A DNA stretch of 64,000 nucleotides from a virus (IMGVR_UViG_3300025133_000036:68166-132165); one strand, 5' to 3'; counted from the stretch's first letter, positions 49,988 to 59,352 are shown. Notes: generated by a model not told the origin, from the sequence alone. A program made the numbers and translations.

Positions 49988-50430
49988 TATGGCCCGTCAA
50001 AAGACATAATACTTTTGAGGATAATAGAGGATCGTTTACTCCAATGACTGCAGATTTGGATGGAGTAAAATGGGATCAGTTTAATGTTGTAACAAATAAT
50101 AACGCATGGGTTTTTAGGGGAATGCACTATCAAACTGATCCTCCACAAACGAAATCTATTCATGTTATCAAAGGTGAAATTTTAGATTTTGTTTATGATC
50201 TTGAAACAAAAGAAATACAACACTTTCATTTGACACCGAATGAATATTTGCACGTTCCAGATTGTAAGGCTCATGGATATTGTACAATAGTTCCAAATAC
50301 TATAGTTGCATATTTTGTTAAAGGAGCTTATTCTCCCGATTCAGAACATACAATACCATGGCATACACTTCCTGAGATAAAAGAACACCTTCCAATTAGC
50401 AGAATAACAACATCAGATAAGGATAGTTAA
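49984..50430 (+). CDS. rmlC: dTDP-4-dehydrorhamnose 3,5-epimerase
   Basis: FEDNRGSF, RGMHYQ, KGEILDFV, AHGY. Confidence 0.88.
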   Translation: MIWPVKRHNTFEDNRGSFTPMTADLDGVKWDQFNVVTNNNAWVFRGMHYQTDPPQTKSIHVIKGEILDFVYDLETKEIQHFHLTPNEYLHVPDCKAHGYCTIVPNTIVAYFVKGAYSPDSEHTIPWHTLPEIKEHLPISRITTSDKDS

Positions 50431-50431
50431 A

Positions 50432-51607
50432 ATGGTAAGTTTAATAGCACCTTCTTATAATAATTTAAGACATTTAAAAAATTTGGTTGAATCATATAAT
50501 AAATGGGGCCCTGATGATTCGGAATTAATTATTGTTGATGATTATAGTGACGACGGAACAGAAGAATGGGTTACGTCAATAGTAACGGACAAGATTAGAT
50601 TTTATAGGAATAATGATAGGAGAGTTGGACATACAGTATTATACGATTGGGGTATTGAAAAAGCAAAAGGCGATGTTGTAGGTATTCTTCACGCTGATAT
50701 GATTTTAGGTAAAAATTGTATTGAGAATATGCTTAAGCATTTACGCCCGGGAAGTGTAGTGTGCGCTACAAGAGTTGAACCACCATTACATCCTCCATCT
50801 CCTGAAAAAATAATTAAACCTTTTGGAATAGATTTTGATACTTTAGATATACCAATGTTTGATAAGTTTGTAGATCATGCATTAGTTGAATATAAAGATT
50901 TAGTTTCTCAGGGAATGTTTGCTCCATGGATATTATACAAAAAAGATTGGGATGAAGTTGGAGGTCATGATCACGTCCTTGCGCCTTTTCCGTTTGAAGA
51001 TTCCGATATATTTCAAAGATGGCTTATCCATCAATTTCAATTGCTTCAAAGTAAAGATGCCATTGTTTATCATCTTACGTGTAGAGGCCATAAATGGAAC
51101 AAAAAACTTAATGTTGAAGATGACGGATTTGAAGTATTTCAAAGAAACGCTAGTAGAAATTTTACTCGAAAATGGGGAACATGGATTGAAAATGATGAAC
51201 ACTATCATCCTATAGTACATAATAAATATGACATTGGATTTGTAATAAAAAACTGTACAAAGGCAATCCTTACAGGGCTAGAGATATGGGCTTCTGATAT
51301 CTATGTGGATTGTACTAGCGATGACATACAATCATATGTCAAAGAAGAACAACAGACTACAATGTACGATTTAGAATCGAGAGTTCATTCTATAGACGTG
51401 GAAAAGTTAAATGATGTTATTATACATTTTGACGCGGATAAGCTGACTAATGAAAACATTTTATACCCAAACATGTTTAACAAAATACTTGACGATTCAG
51501 GTACAATTGGATCCTTCAAACTTGATATTTTCGATATTAAGATCAAAGAATTAAATCCATTAGTAGAAGATCAATTGCACGTATTTAAAAAGAATGTCGA
51601 TATTTAA
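50432..51607 (+). CDS. glycosyltransferase family 2
   Basis: PSYNNL, VDDYSDDGT, LHADM, FEDSD. Confidence 0.9.
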   Translation: MVSLIAPSYNNLRHLKNLVESYNKWGPDDSELIIVDDYSDDGTEEWVTSIVTDKIRFYRNNDRRVGHTVLYDWGIEKAKGDVVGILHADMILGKNCIENMLKHLRPGSVVCATRVEPPLHPPSPEKIIKPFGIDFDTLDIPMFDKFVDHALVEYKDLVSQGMFAPWILYKKDWDEVGGHDHVLAPFPFEDSDIFQRWLIHQFQLLQSKDAIVYHLTCRGHKWNKKLNVEDDGFEVFQRNASRNFTRKWGTWIENDEHYHPIVHNKYDIGFVIKNCTKAILTGLEIWASDIYVDCTSDDIQSYVKEEQQTTMYDLESRVHSIDVEKLNDVIIHFDADKLTNENILYPNMFNKILDDSGTIGSFKLDIFDIKIKELNPLVEDQLHVFKKNVDI

Positions 51608-51631
51608 TACTATACACATAGGAGAGTTGCA

Positions 51632-52123
51632 ATGGCTAAAAAACCAGCGCCGTTTGAATATAACGGTACATTGATAAAAGTTTTAGATGGAGATACAATT
51701 GATTGTTTCATTGATTTAGGTTTCGATTTAAAAATCAAGAAAAGAATTAGATACATGGGCATCGATACTTGGGAAAGTAGAACTCGTGATAAAGAAGAGA
51801 AAGTAAAAGGTCTTGCAGCTAAAGCTCGTAATAAAGAGTTATTAGAAGCTGGAGTTTTTAAAATTGTATCTTTTGGAACGGGTAAATTCGGAAGAGTTTT
51901 AGGTGAAATATTTGTTTCTCCTGATGCTGTAGGACATGAGATATCAGAAGGTGTTGATACCATTGCCGGCGGATTAGTAAGTATAAATGACATACTAATT
52001 GCAGAAGGTCATGCCTATGAATATCATGGCGGAAAGAAAAAAGATTTTGAAAAAGAAATTGCAAAAGAAAAAGCCGCTAAAAAAGAAGACTTAATCGATA
52101 AACCTGCAGAGGAATCTGCATAG
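51632..52123 (+). CDS. thermonuclease (SNase-like) protein
   Basis: KVLDGDTID, IRYMGIDTWE, GKFGRVLG, INDILIAEGHA. Confidence 0.88.
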   Translation: MAKKPAPFEYNGTLIKVLDGDTIDCFIDLGFDLKIKKRIRYMGIDTWESRTRDKEEKVKGLAAKARNKELLEAGVFKIVSFGTGKFGRVLGEIFVSPDAVGHEISEGVDTIAGGLVSINDILIAEGHAYEYHGGKKKDFEKEIAKEKAAKKEDLIDKPAEESA

Positions 52124-52135
52124 CAAAGGAAAGTG

Positions 52136-52273
52136 ATGAGAAGTATTTCTCAACGCGAGGAAGCTATCTTACGACAACAGTTATTTCTATTATATGGTAG
52201 GAATCCAGGAAAACCGTATATCTGGACACGAGTTATAACGCGCTTCATGAAATGTTTAAACATTCGTAAATGA
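52136..52273 (+). CDS. 45-aa hypothetical protein
   Basis: AAGGA RBS; MRSISQREEAIL...; fills the intergenic gap. Confidence 0.4.
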   Translation: MRSISQREEAILRQQLFLLYGRNPGKPYIWTRVITRFMKCLNIRK

Positions 52274-52274
52274 C

Positions 52275-52304
52275 TTTGGGGTCTGAAAGATCTTTGTTAG
52301 GTTA
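52275..52304 (+). promoter_or_regulatory. putative promoter TTTGGG-N17-TAGGTTA
   Basis: Preceded by TCGTAAATG as in the 59357 and 60777 copies. Confidence 0.6.
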
Positions 52305-52308
52305 GTGT

Positions 52309-52557
52309 ATGCCGACTACATATTATATTATGCTACCAGAAGACGGACAAAATGAATTGCTTTATGAGTCAAATACTTTAGGCGATGAAAGCTTTGGAAC
52401 ATTTTACGCAAATAGTGGAATGAATTCATTATATGAAATCGTAAACAACCATCCCGAGTTATTACCACATACACAAATCGTAGACCAAACCGGTGTAAAA
52501 TTCACAATTACAGAATTCATGGATAAATTAAATGAATGGAAATTAAGGTTCAACTGA
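52309..52557 (+). CDS. hypothetical protein (possibly leaderless)
   Basis: ATG lies just after the putative -10 element; 82 aa. Confidence 0.65.
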   Translation: MPTTYYIMLPEDGQNELLYESNTLGDESFGTFYANSGMNSLYEIVNNHPELLPHTQIVDQTGVKFTITEFMDKLNEWKLRFN

Positions 52558-52568
52558 GGAGAAAGATT

Positions 52569-52736
52569 ATGAGCCAACATTGGACACACTACGTAGAAGA
52601 GTACGAAGAATTAGAACAAAAAGAGCATGTTGATGCGATAAAACATAAAAAACCAAAACTTGGTCATAAAAAAGCCAAACAAATAAAGGAAACAAAAAAA
52701 AATGGGGTCAAATATCCTAAAAAACCTAAGCGTTAG
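52569..52736 (+). CDS. small basic hypothetical protein
   Basis: GAGGAG RBS before ATG 52569. Confidence 0.55.
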   Translation: MSQHWTHYVEEYEELEQKEHVDAIKHKKPKLGHKKAKQIKETKKNGVKYPKKPKR

Positions 52737-53223
52737 TTTCTTATTTTTATTTACTATCGGGTGTGAAGATACTCGTATGGAAGATCCGGGAAATTTTGAC
52801 GATTCCTACGGCACAGTATATGTTTCAGTTGACTCTATACCTGAAATTGTAATAAATGAATCTTCATGGCAAACTCTAAAAACAATATGGGGAGAGTTGA
52901 CATCTGATATTGATGTAACTTATACAAGAGTTGAATGGGATTCTGATATGTTTTGGGTAATAAATGATACGACCGGATATTTTAAAGCTAATTGTAAAAA
53001 ATGTACGGTTGGATTATGGTACGATAATGACGGTACAACTCAGGCAATGGAATATGATTTTCATACTATGGCTCCTGTAACTAATCAAGTCTCGATTGTA
53101 AACGATGAAAGTAAATTTGGTAATGTTCTTGCGCCTGTAAAAGCAATGCGCGGTGATAAAATGTGGCTGTGGTGGTCTATAGCAGGCGTTTATACGGACT
53201 CAATGCAAATTGAATTAAATTAA
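52702..53223 (+). CDS. putative lipoprotein
   Basis: Signal peptide ending FTIGC (lipobox-like). Confidence 0.65.
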   Translation: MGSNILKNLSVSFLFLFTIGCEDTRMEDPGNFDDSYGTVYVSVDSIPEIVINESSWQTLKTIWGELTSDIDVTYTRVEWDSDMFWVINDTTGYFKANCKKCTVGLWYDNDGTTQAMEYDFHTMAPVTNQVSIVNDESKFGNVLAPVKAMRGDKMWLWWSIAGVYTDSMQIELN

Positions 53224-53236
53224 TGGGAGAAATATA

Positions 53237-53503
53237 GTGAAATGGATTTTAGTCAATCGACGAGATGAGATAGTAGATTCATGTGAAATTGCTAGCCAAG
53301 TTGGAGTATCTGGGGCTAGAACATATTTTAAAGGTATAAAACAAATGCAAGACGATAAAGCCTTTGATTCATTGTGGAAAGTAATGTCAAGGGCTGAGTA
53401 TGATAGAATACTGGAGATGGGGTTAAGGAAGCCATCATCACATGGACAAGTAGAATGGTGGAAAGAAGATAAAGAAATAATAGATGAGGAATTAGGTTCG
53501 TGA
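53237..53503 (+). CDS. hypothetical protein
   Basis: GGGAG RBS, GTG start, 88 aa. Confidence 0.65.
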   Translation: MKWILVNRRDEIVDSCEIASQVGVSGARTYFKGIKQMQDDKAFDSLWKVMSRAEYDRILEMGLRKPSSHGQVEWWKEDKEIIDEELGS

Positions 53504-54276
53504 TCAATAATACATTTGAATGGTGGAAAGAAAATCATCAAAAATATATGTCAGAAGAGCCGTTTAAACATTGGGAAATAAACGGATTCTTTAAAGATGA
53601 AATATTAAGTCCTATTGCAACCGAACAACGCTTTCAGGACGCGTGGGAAATGGCCCTGGAAACAGGTCAGGGTGTTGCGCACTTTCTCGGTGAATACGAA
53701 AGAAAAATGGGCTTTAATAATGTATTAGACCCAGAAATGTTAAGCATATTAAAGTATTTAAATAGTGAAGAGATGCTTGATTTTTTAAGACACATCACAG
53801 GCATTCCAGATCTCATTGGGGATGATACTTTTTCAGGTGGTGGCGGTCATCTTATTCCTGTTAATGGTAAATTAGGTGTACACATAGATTTTTCAATACA
53901 TGATGACATAAAATTTAAAGGTTATTGGCGAAGAGCAAATGTATTATTATATCTAAATAAAGAATGGAAACAAGAATGGAATGGACAATTAGAACTATGG
54001 GATAAACTCAGTAAAAAAGGAGGTAAATGTGTAAAAAAAATAAATCCGGATTTTAACAAGATGATAATTTTTGGTACTTTACGGAATTCATGGCATGGAC
54101 ACCCTATCGCGTTAAAATGTCCTGAAGATAGGAACAGAATATCACTGGCTACGTATTATTACTCAAAACAACCAAGCAATGACAAATCACATCACTCTAC
54201 CTTGTTTGCTGAGAATGATCAACAAATAGAATGGTACGAAAACGAACTTGACCGTATACAAGGTGAAGAGGTATGA
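53500..54276 (+). CDS. 2OG-Fe(II) oxygenase
   Basis: GGGHL..LGVHIDF (HxD), LLYLN..W..GQLELW, SWHGHP, RISLATYYY. Confidence 0.9.
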   Translation: MINNTFEWWKENHQKYMSEEPFKHWEINGFFKDEILSPIATEQRFQDAWEMALETGQGVAHFLGEYERKMGFNNVLDPEMLSILKYLNSEEMLDFLRHITGIPDLIGDDTFSGGGGHLIPVNGKLGVHIDFSIHDDIKFKGYWRRANVLLYLNKEWKQEWNGQLELWDKLSKKGGKCVKKINPDFNKMIIFGTLRNSWHGHPIALKCPEDRNRISLATYYYSKQPSNDKSHHSTLFAENDQQIEWYENELDRIQGEEV

Positions 54277-54294
54277 TTTATATGGAGATAACAT

Positions 54295-55029
54295 ATGAAC
54301 CGCAAGTACAAGTCAACAATAGGAGCTATCCCTAAGATAGTTAACAATTTTGAACCCAAAACAGAAAATCAACAATTGTTTCATTCGAAACTCGGATACG
54401 AGGAGAATCAACTCGTATTGTGTCACGGAATTGCCGGTACCGGAAAAACATATGTCTCAATTTATAAAGCATTGCAAGACGTTTTAAGACGCGGTACCGT
54501 TTACGATAAATTAATTATAATAAATCCTACTGTTGATGTTGGCAATGAAGATAAATTAGGCTTTTTACCCGGAGAGCTTGACAAAAAGATCCAGCAATAT
54601 AACGAATCAACATTTACCATCCTTGATAAAATCGTAGGTAAAGATAAAGCTCTAAAATTAGTAGAAAGAAATAAAGTACAAATTGGTGTACTTAATTTTC
54701 TTAGAGGCGTTAACCTTGAAAACTGTTACGTAATACTCGATGAAGCACAAAATGTTTCGCCAATGCAAATCAAAACACTTGTTACCAGAATTTCAGAAAA
54801 TTGCAAAATGATAATTCAAGGAGACATGTCACAGTGTGATAAATACAAGAATAATGGGGAACCTGCGTTTGAAAAGAGCGGATTTTGGGACATGTGGTTT
54901 CGTACAAACGGTGTAAAAGGTGTAGATCACATGGCATTCAATCGCGAAGATTGTATTAGGCACCCAATTGTCAAAAGAATACTGTTAACATATGAAGAAT
55001 CTCAACCAATCAATTTAACATTATCGTAA
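54295..55029 (+). CDS. phoH: PhoH family ATPase
   Basis: GIAGTGKT, LGFLPG, FLRG, ILDEAQN, TRI, GD..QCD, RHPIV. Confidence 0.93.
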   Translation: MNRKYKSTIGAIPKIVNNFEPKTENQQLFHSKLGYEENQLVLCHGIAGTGKTYVSIYKALQDVLRRGTVYDKLIIINPTVDVGNEDKLGFLPGELDKKIQQYNESTFTILDKIVGKDKALKLVERNKVQIGVLNFLRGVNLENCYVILDEAQNVSPMQIKTLVTRISENCKMIIQGDMSQCDKYKNNGEPAFEKSGFWDMWFRTNGVKGVDHMAFNREDCIRHPIVKRILLTYEESQPINLTLS

Positions 55030-55262
55030 CATGCAACATATTGGTACACATGTTCAAAAGTGTACATATATAATGTAACATTTTGATAATATGACCGTTC
55101 AGTAAATCCCATTAGAATAAACTCGGTAAAACACATGCAACAATATCAGCATTTATAGTTTTACTGTTTAAATCCCTGATTTTTGGCATACTTTTTTCAC
55201 TATAATATATAAGAAAGGCATTTGGCTGATCTTGAACTGAAAAAAGTAAAAGGAGAACTGAA

Positions 55263-55922
55263 ATGTTCGAAACAATAAAAAAACTCGTAAAATCTTTTAT
55301 GAGAAACATTAAAAGTACTAAAGGTAATTCACTTGCTGAATTTGCTGTTACCACCGCTATGATGGCAACTCTCGCGACAACTGCTGCACCCAAATTTGGT
55401 AATATTGGCGCAGGAGCTAAAGAAAAGAAATCAATGGCAAATATTGATAAAATCTTAACAGTCGCTAACAACTATTACAATCAAACTGTATCTGAAGAAG
55501 GTAAGGGCAGATTTCCTGGCCAATCCAAATATGATGTTGCGGTAGGTGGTATTGAGCTAGGTGAAGGTGAAACAACAGATCAAGTATTAGAAGTATACAT
55601 TGAAACGATATTAGAAAGCAAAGTTGGTTATACAGCCGGACTGTCTGAATTCGTTTATACATTTTCACCGGCAGTTGACGATGATGATGCATTGCAAGGT
55701 GAATGGATGAACCTTGAAACAGATGTTGGTTTTTCTGAGACAGGTGCAAACGATTTCAAAAAAGACTTTGGTAATAAGGGAATCAAATCACCTTTTCAGG
55801 ACGGTTCATATTGCTACCTAGTAATACCCGGAAGCGGTAGCGGTACAGATGCACAAGCGCCGGCATGTGTCGTAATTGATACAGAAAACCCAGCAAAACT
55901 ATTTAAAACATTAGTACCGTAA
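55263..55922 (+). CDS. type IV pilin / pseudopilin-like protein (atypical prepilin motif)
   Basis: Basic leader then KG|NSLAEFAVTTAMMATLATTAAPKF with Glu at +5 and Pro near +22. Confidence 0.7.
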   Translation: MFETIKKLVKSFMRNIKSTKGNSLAEFAVTTAMMATLATTAAPKFGNIGAGAKEKKSMANIDKILTVANNYYNQTVSEEGKGRFPGQSKYDVAVGGIELGEGETTDQVLEVYIETILESKVGYTAGLSEFVYTFSPAVDDDDALQGEWMNLETDVGFSETGANDFKKDFGNKGIKSPFQDGSYCYLVIPGSGSGTDAQAPACVVIDTENPAKLFKTLVP

Positions 55923-55941
55923 ATTATAAGGAAAAAATACA

Positions 55942-56388
55942 ATGAAGAATATATTAAAAAATACGAATAAAGGTTTCACTTTGATTGAACTGGTAATGGT
56001 TACAATCATATTAGGAATCTTAGCTGCAGTTGCAATACCGCGTTATACACAAACAGTTGATAATGCTGAAGCTGCAACCGAAAAAGCATTCGTTGATATG
56101 ATATGGGCTGGATTAGAAGAAGAGGCTAGTCAAAGAAGGTTAGAATCAGGACTTGAATCTTGGCCGTATAATCCGCTATCAGTAATTGGTAGAACTCGGA
56201 ACATTGTATTGACCATGTATGACGGTGTACCTGATGAAGATGGTGAATGGCAGTTTAGTATAGATGCAGTTGGAGATCCAGCAGTATTCCATCATAGAAG
56301 AAATGATGAAATTTACTACTTTTCTTACGATTCAACCGCATTTGAACTAGACGAAATACCTACTTTATATACACAAGACTCAGAGTAA
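55942..56388 (+). CDS. type IV pilin (class III signal peptide)
   Basis: KG|FTLIELVMVTIILGILAAVAIPRY, a canonical N-methylation motif. Confidence 0.92.
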   Translation: MKNILKNTNKGFTLIELVMVTIILGILAAVAIPRYTQTVDNAEAATEKAFVDMIWAGLEEEASQRRLESGLESWPYNPLSVIGRTRNIVLTMYDGVPDEDGEWQFSIDAVGDPAVFHHRRNDEIYYFSYDSTAFELDEIPTLYTQDSE

Positions 56389-56817
56389 GTGACGTTTAAT
56401 CAGTTATTAGAATACGGACTCATCACGGCTATCGGAGTCGTGTTGAGTTTCGTGTTTTTAATAGGAGATGATCCTGGTTTTGTAGATCTAAAAATCGAGC
56501 CTACAATGGAAGAGTTTTATGAATACCCTTTACAGGTTTGGATGGGTAATGACGGTGATGGTGACGTAGTTTTAGTTCGTTATCTTGTAACTAGAGAAAA
56601 AACAAAACTTTATATGTATAATAGACATGGCAAAGTGGTTCACAAGCAACATATAGCATTAAGTCCGCATAAGGATGGTAGAGAACGAATCGAGATATAT
56701 ACTTGGAAATTATATCGAACCGAATGGACGGATAGAATCGGTCCTGGTCAGTATTTAATAATTGTTGGAACAACTCACGATAAAAACGGAGATTCAATTG
56801 AAATTACTATACCTTAG
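56389..56817 (+). CDS. hypothetical membrane-anchored protein
   Basis: N-terminal TM segment followed by a beta-rich domain (YTW..IGPGQYLIIV). Confidence 0.6.
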   Translation: MTFNQLLEYGLITAIGVVLSFVFLIGDDPGFVDLKIEPTMEEFYEYPLQVWMGNDGDGDVVLVRYLVTREKTKLYMYNRHGKVVHKQHIALSPHKDGRERIEIYTWKLYRTEWTDRIGPGQYLIIVGTTHDKNGDSIEITIP

Positions 56818-57436
56818 TTTTTTACTAAGCGTCATATATTCTCAAGATACATTGGTCACTATTCAATGGCCTCACATTAACCGTACATCTAATTTTAAGA
56901 CGTCCGTATTCCAAGGAAAACCCTGCGATGATACAGAATATCGCGATGAAAACGGATCACCGGCGTGGAAGAATTATGGCGGATGGTTGAGTGAGTGTGA
57001 TTCTATACGGACTGTCGAATTTGATAGAGAGTTCGCGCTGCGAGATAAACTTAGAAAAAAACAGCAAGCAAAAAAAGATAGTCTTGATAATGTAGAGTTT
57101 GCGAACTTAGACCTTGACGTAGAATTAGATTTGGATGCTATGTGGGAAAATACAGTTTGGAATGAGATAACAGATATTGGTGAAGAATATGTTGGTGAGG
57201 TAGAACAGATAACAGCGGTTGCAGGTGTTCGTGGAGCAGAAGCAGAAGATGAAGCATTGCAACATTTATATTATAGAAGGTCAATGAAACAATTAGCGTT
57301 GATAGATTTACAAAAAGCATATGGAAAATTAACAATTAAAAAAGACAAATTAATCCGACTTAAACGGCCTACCAAAAAAATTGATGAATATTTATCTATG
57401 ATAGATCGCAAAATAAAATCTAGAACTAGAAGCTAA
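56798..57436 (+). CDS. hypothetical secreted protein
   Basis: GGAGA RBS and TTG at 56798; signal-peptide-like MKLLYLSFLLSVIYS. Confidence 0.6.
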   Translation: MKLLYLSFLLSVIYSQDTLVTIQWPHINRTSNFKTSVFQGKPCDDTEYRDENGSPAWKNYGGWLSECDSIRTVEFDREFALRDKLRKKQQAKKDSLDNVEFANLDLDVELDLDAMWENTVWNEITDIGEEYVGEVEQITAVAGVRGAEAEDEALQHLYYRRSMKQLALIDLQKAYGKLTIKKDKLIRLKRPTKKIDEYLSMIDRKIKSRTRS

Positions 57437-57473
57437 TATTACCAAAATAAAATAAAACAAAAGAGAAACATAC

Positions 57474-57815
57474 ATGGAACAGATTCTACAAAAGGTTGTA
57501 GGAGAATATTCATGGTTACTTATATCAGGGATTGCATTATTATTGTTTAATGCAACTATACAGGAAGCTGTTGAGGGGATTATGATATTCCTCGGCAATG
57601 ATTATAACGAAGATGATGTTGTTGAAGTTGATGGCTCACCAGGCCGCATAGTAAGAGTCGGTGTATGGAAAACTGTATTCTTTATTTATCACATAGTAAA
57701 TGGAAAAATAGTAGGTGGTTCTAAATTAGTTGTTGTAAATTCAAAATTAAAAGATTTAAAAATAGAAAAACCGTTACCGACATTAGATTTGTCTAAATAT
57801 CAAGACAACGATTAA
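57474..57815 (+). CDS. short MscS-like (mechanosensitive channel domain) membrane protein
   Basis: TM helix then YNEDDVVEVDGSPGRIVRVGVWKT..VVNSKL, matching the MscS beta-domain pattern. Confidence 0.7.
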   Translation: MEQILQKVVGEYSWLLISGIALLLFNATIQEAVEGIMIFLGNDYNEDDVVEVDGSPGRIVRVGVWKTVFFIYHIVNGKIVGGSKLVVVNSKLKDLKIEKPLPTLDLSKYQDND

Positions 57816-57913
57816 GTTTCATTCCACCAAATTTTTGCAAATATCACAAAAACAATTAGACCTACAATGGTTGGGGACCAATCATATAACCACTGTCCAA
57901 TTAACGATAACAT
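57812..57913 (-). CDS. 33-aa single-TM peptide
   Basis: AGGAG RBS; MLSLIGQWLYDWSPTIVGLIVFVIFAKIWWNET*. Confidence 0.55.
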   Translation of the reverse strand: MLSLIGQWLYDWSPTIVGLIVFVIFAKIWWNET

Positions 57914-58025
57914 CTCTATCTCCTAAAATAGCGAGATACCGCTACCGGTAGTCTTCCGTACCTCGCTAAGTAAATTATTCACGTTACAAATTCGCGGGCC
58001 AAATGACCCGCGAATTCTGATTCCG

Positions 58026-58247
58026 TTACTTACGGAACAAACCTACTAACACAAGCATTGCTACTAAACCTGCGAATCCAGAGGATCCGAAAGTACCAAT
58101 GATTTTAGTTAGATTTCCAATAACATTTACTCCGAAGACGCCACTGCCAAAGAGGACTTCTGACATAGCACCGACTGCTACAAAGGACATGAGTAGATGA
58201 GCTAAATCATCCATCCATCCTTTGACCATTGTTATTGCTTCTTTCAT
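58026..58247 (-). CDS. small two-TM membrane protein
   Basis: AGGAG RBS, 73 aa hydrophobic and Gly-rich, flanked by hairpins. Confidence 0.8.
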   Translation of the reverse strand: MKEAITMVKGWMDDLAHLLMSFVAVGAMSEVLFGSGVFGVNVIGNLTKIIGTFGSSGFAGLVAMLVLVGLFRK

Positions 58248-58377
58248 AAGGTTATTCTCCTAGTTGTTCCTTAACGCAAAAAGGACCATGCGACAGTCGC
58301 ATAGTCCTCTTATTACTACTAAATATTCGTATATAAGAGTTCAAAGTGATACTTATAATAAAAGGACTGGAGTCTTT

Positions 58378-58701
58378 ATGGACCAAGATGGCAAATATTA
58401 TCGTACTGATAGATTGTTTTTATTAACTGGAGAACAGCTTAATGTAACAATTTGGGCAATAAAATTATTGATTGAAGACTTCCCACCAGGATCTGAAAGT
58501 AGAAGCGTTTTAAGTACTGTATTGGCAGCTCTAGAACGAAAAGAATCTTATGAAAAACTATTAGATAGAATGGGTGCATCATTGCAAGCCCCAACAGAAG
58601 ATGAAGTTAAAAAGAATTCAGAAAATGATAGCGACATAACTTGGAAAACATATCTAGCATCATTCGGATTAAAGCCCCCAGAAGTTGACGAGAGAAATTA
58701 A
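58378..58701 (+). CDS. hypothetical protein
   Basis: GGAG RBS before ATG 58378. Confidence 0.65.
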   Translation: MDQDGKYYRTDRLFLLTGEQLNVTIWAIKLLIEDFPPGSESRSVLSTVLAALERKESYEKLLDRMGASLQAPTEDEVKKNSENDSDITWKTYLASFGLKPPEVDERN

Positions 58702-59352
58702 ATGGATGTAGGAGTTGTTGCTGGACATCTAGCGTTCGGATTAATAGCGTTTTCGTTTTTAGTAAAAGATATTTTATGGTTAAGACTTATGTCTGTACTT
58801 GCAAGTCTATTCTCTGTATTTTACAATTATGTTATACCGCCAGATCCTATGTGGATTCCGATAGGTTGGAATTTCGTATTCGTTGCAGTTAATTTATATC
58901 ATATCGCAATAATATTCTATGAAAAACGCCCAGTCAAAATGGACGATAAAGATACAGAGTTATACGAAACACTATTTAAAGACATGTCTCCTGTTGAATA
59001 TTTAAAGATTAGTAAAGTTGCCCAATGGAACACATATAAATCAGGGCATCATATCACAAAAGAAGGATCATTAGTACATAACCTAATATTGATTTACAAC
59101 GGAACAGTTGACGTTGCAGTTAAAGGTAGAAAGGTTGCAGAATTACGAGATGGTCAATTTGTTGGTGAAATGTCTTTCCTTACAGAGAAACCCGCTACAG
59201 CAACTTGTGTAGTAAAACATCCATGCGAGTGTTTAGTATGGAAACAAAAAGAATTTAAAGAGTTATTGAAACGGAATCCATCGCTTTATTTTACACTACA
59301 ATCATTATTAAGTGCTCAAGTATCGAGCAATCTTGTCGGAAAAAACGAATAA
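58702..59352 (+). CDS. Popeye-domain-like membrane protein with cyclic nucleotide-binding domain
   Basis: Three TM helices (..KDILWLR..WNFVFVAVN) then a CNBD (LIYNGTVDV..GQFVGEMSFL..PATAT..CLVW). Confidence 0.85.
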   Translation: MDVGVVAGHLAFGLIAFSFLVKDILWLRLMSVLASLFSVFYNYVIPPDPMWIPIGWNFVFVAVNLYHIAIIFYEKRPVKMDDKDTELYETLFKDMSPVEYLKISKVAQWNTYKSGHHITKEGSLVHNLILIYNGTVDVAVKGRKVAELRDGQFVGEMSFLTEKPATATCVVKHPCECLVWKQKEFKELLKRNPSLYFTLQSLLSAQVSSNLVGKNE

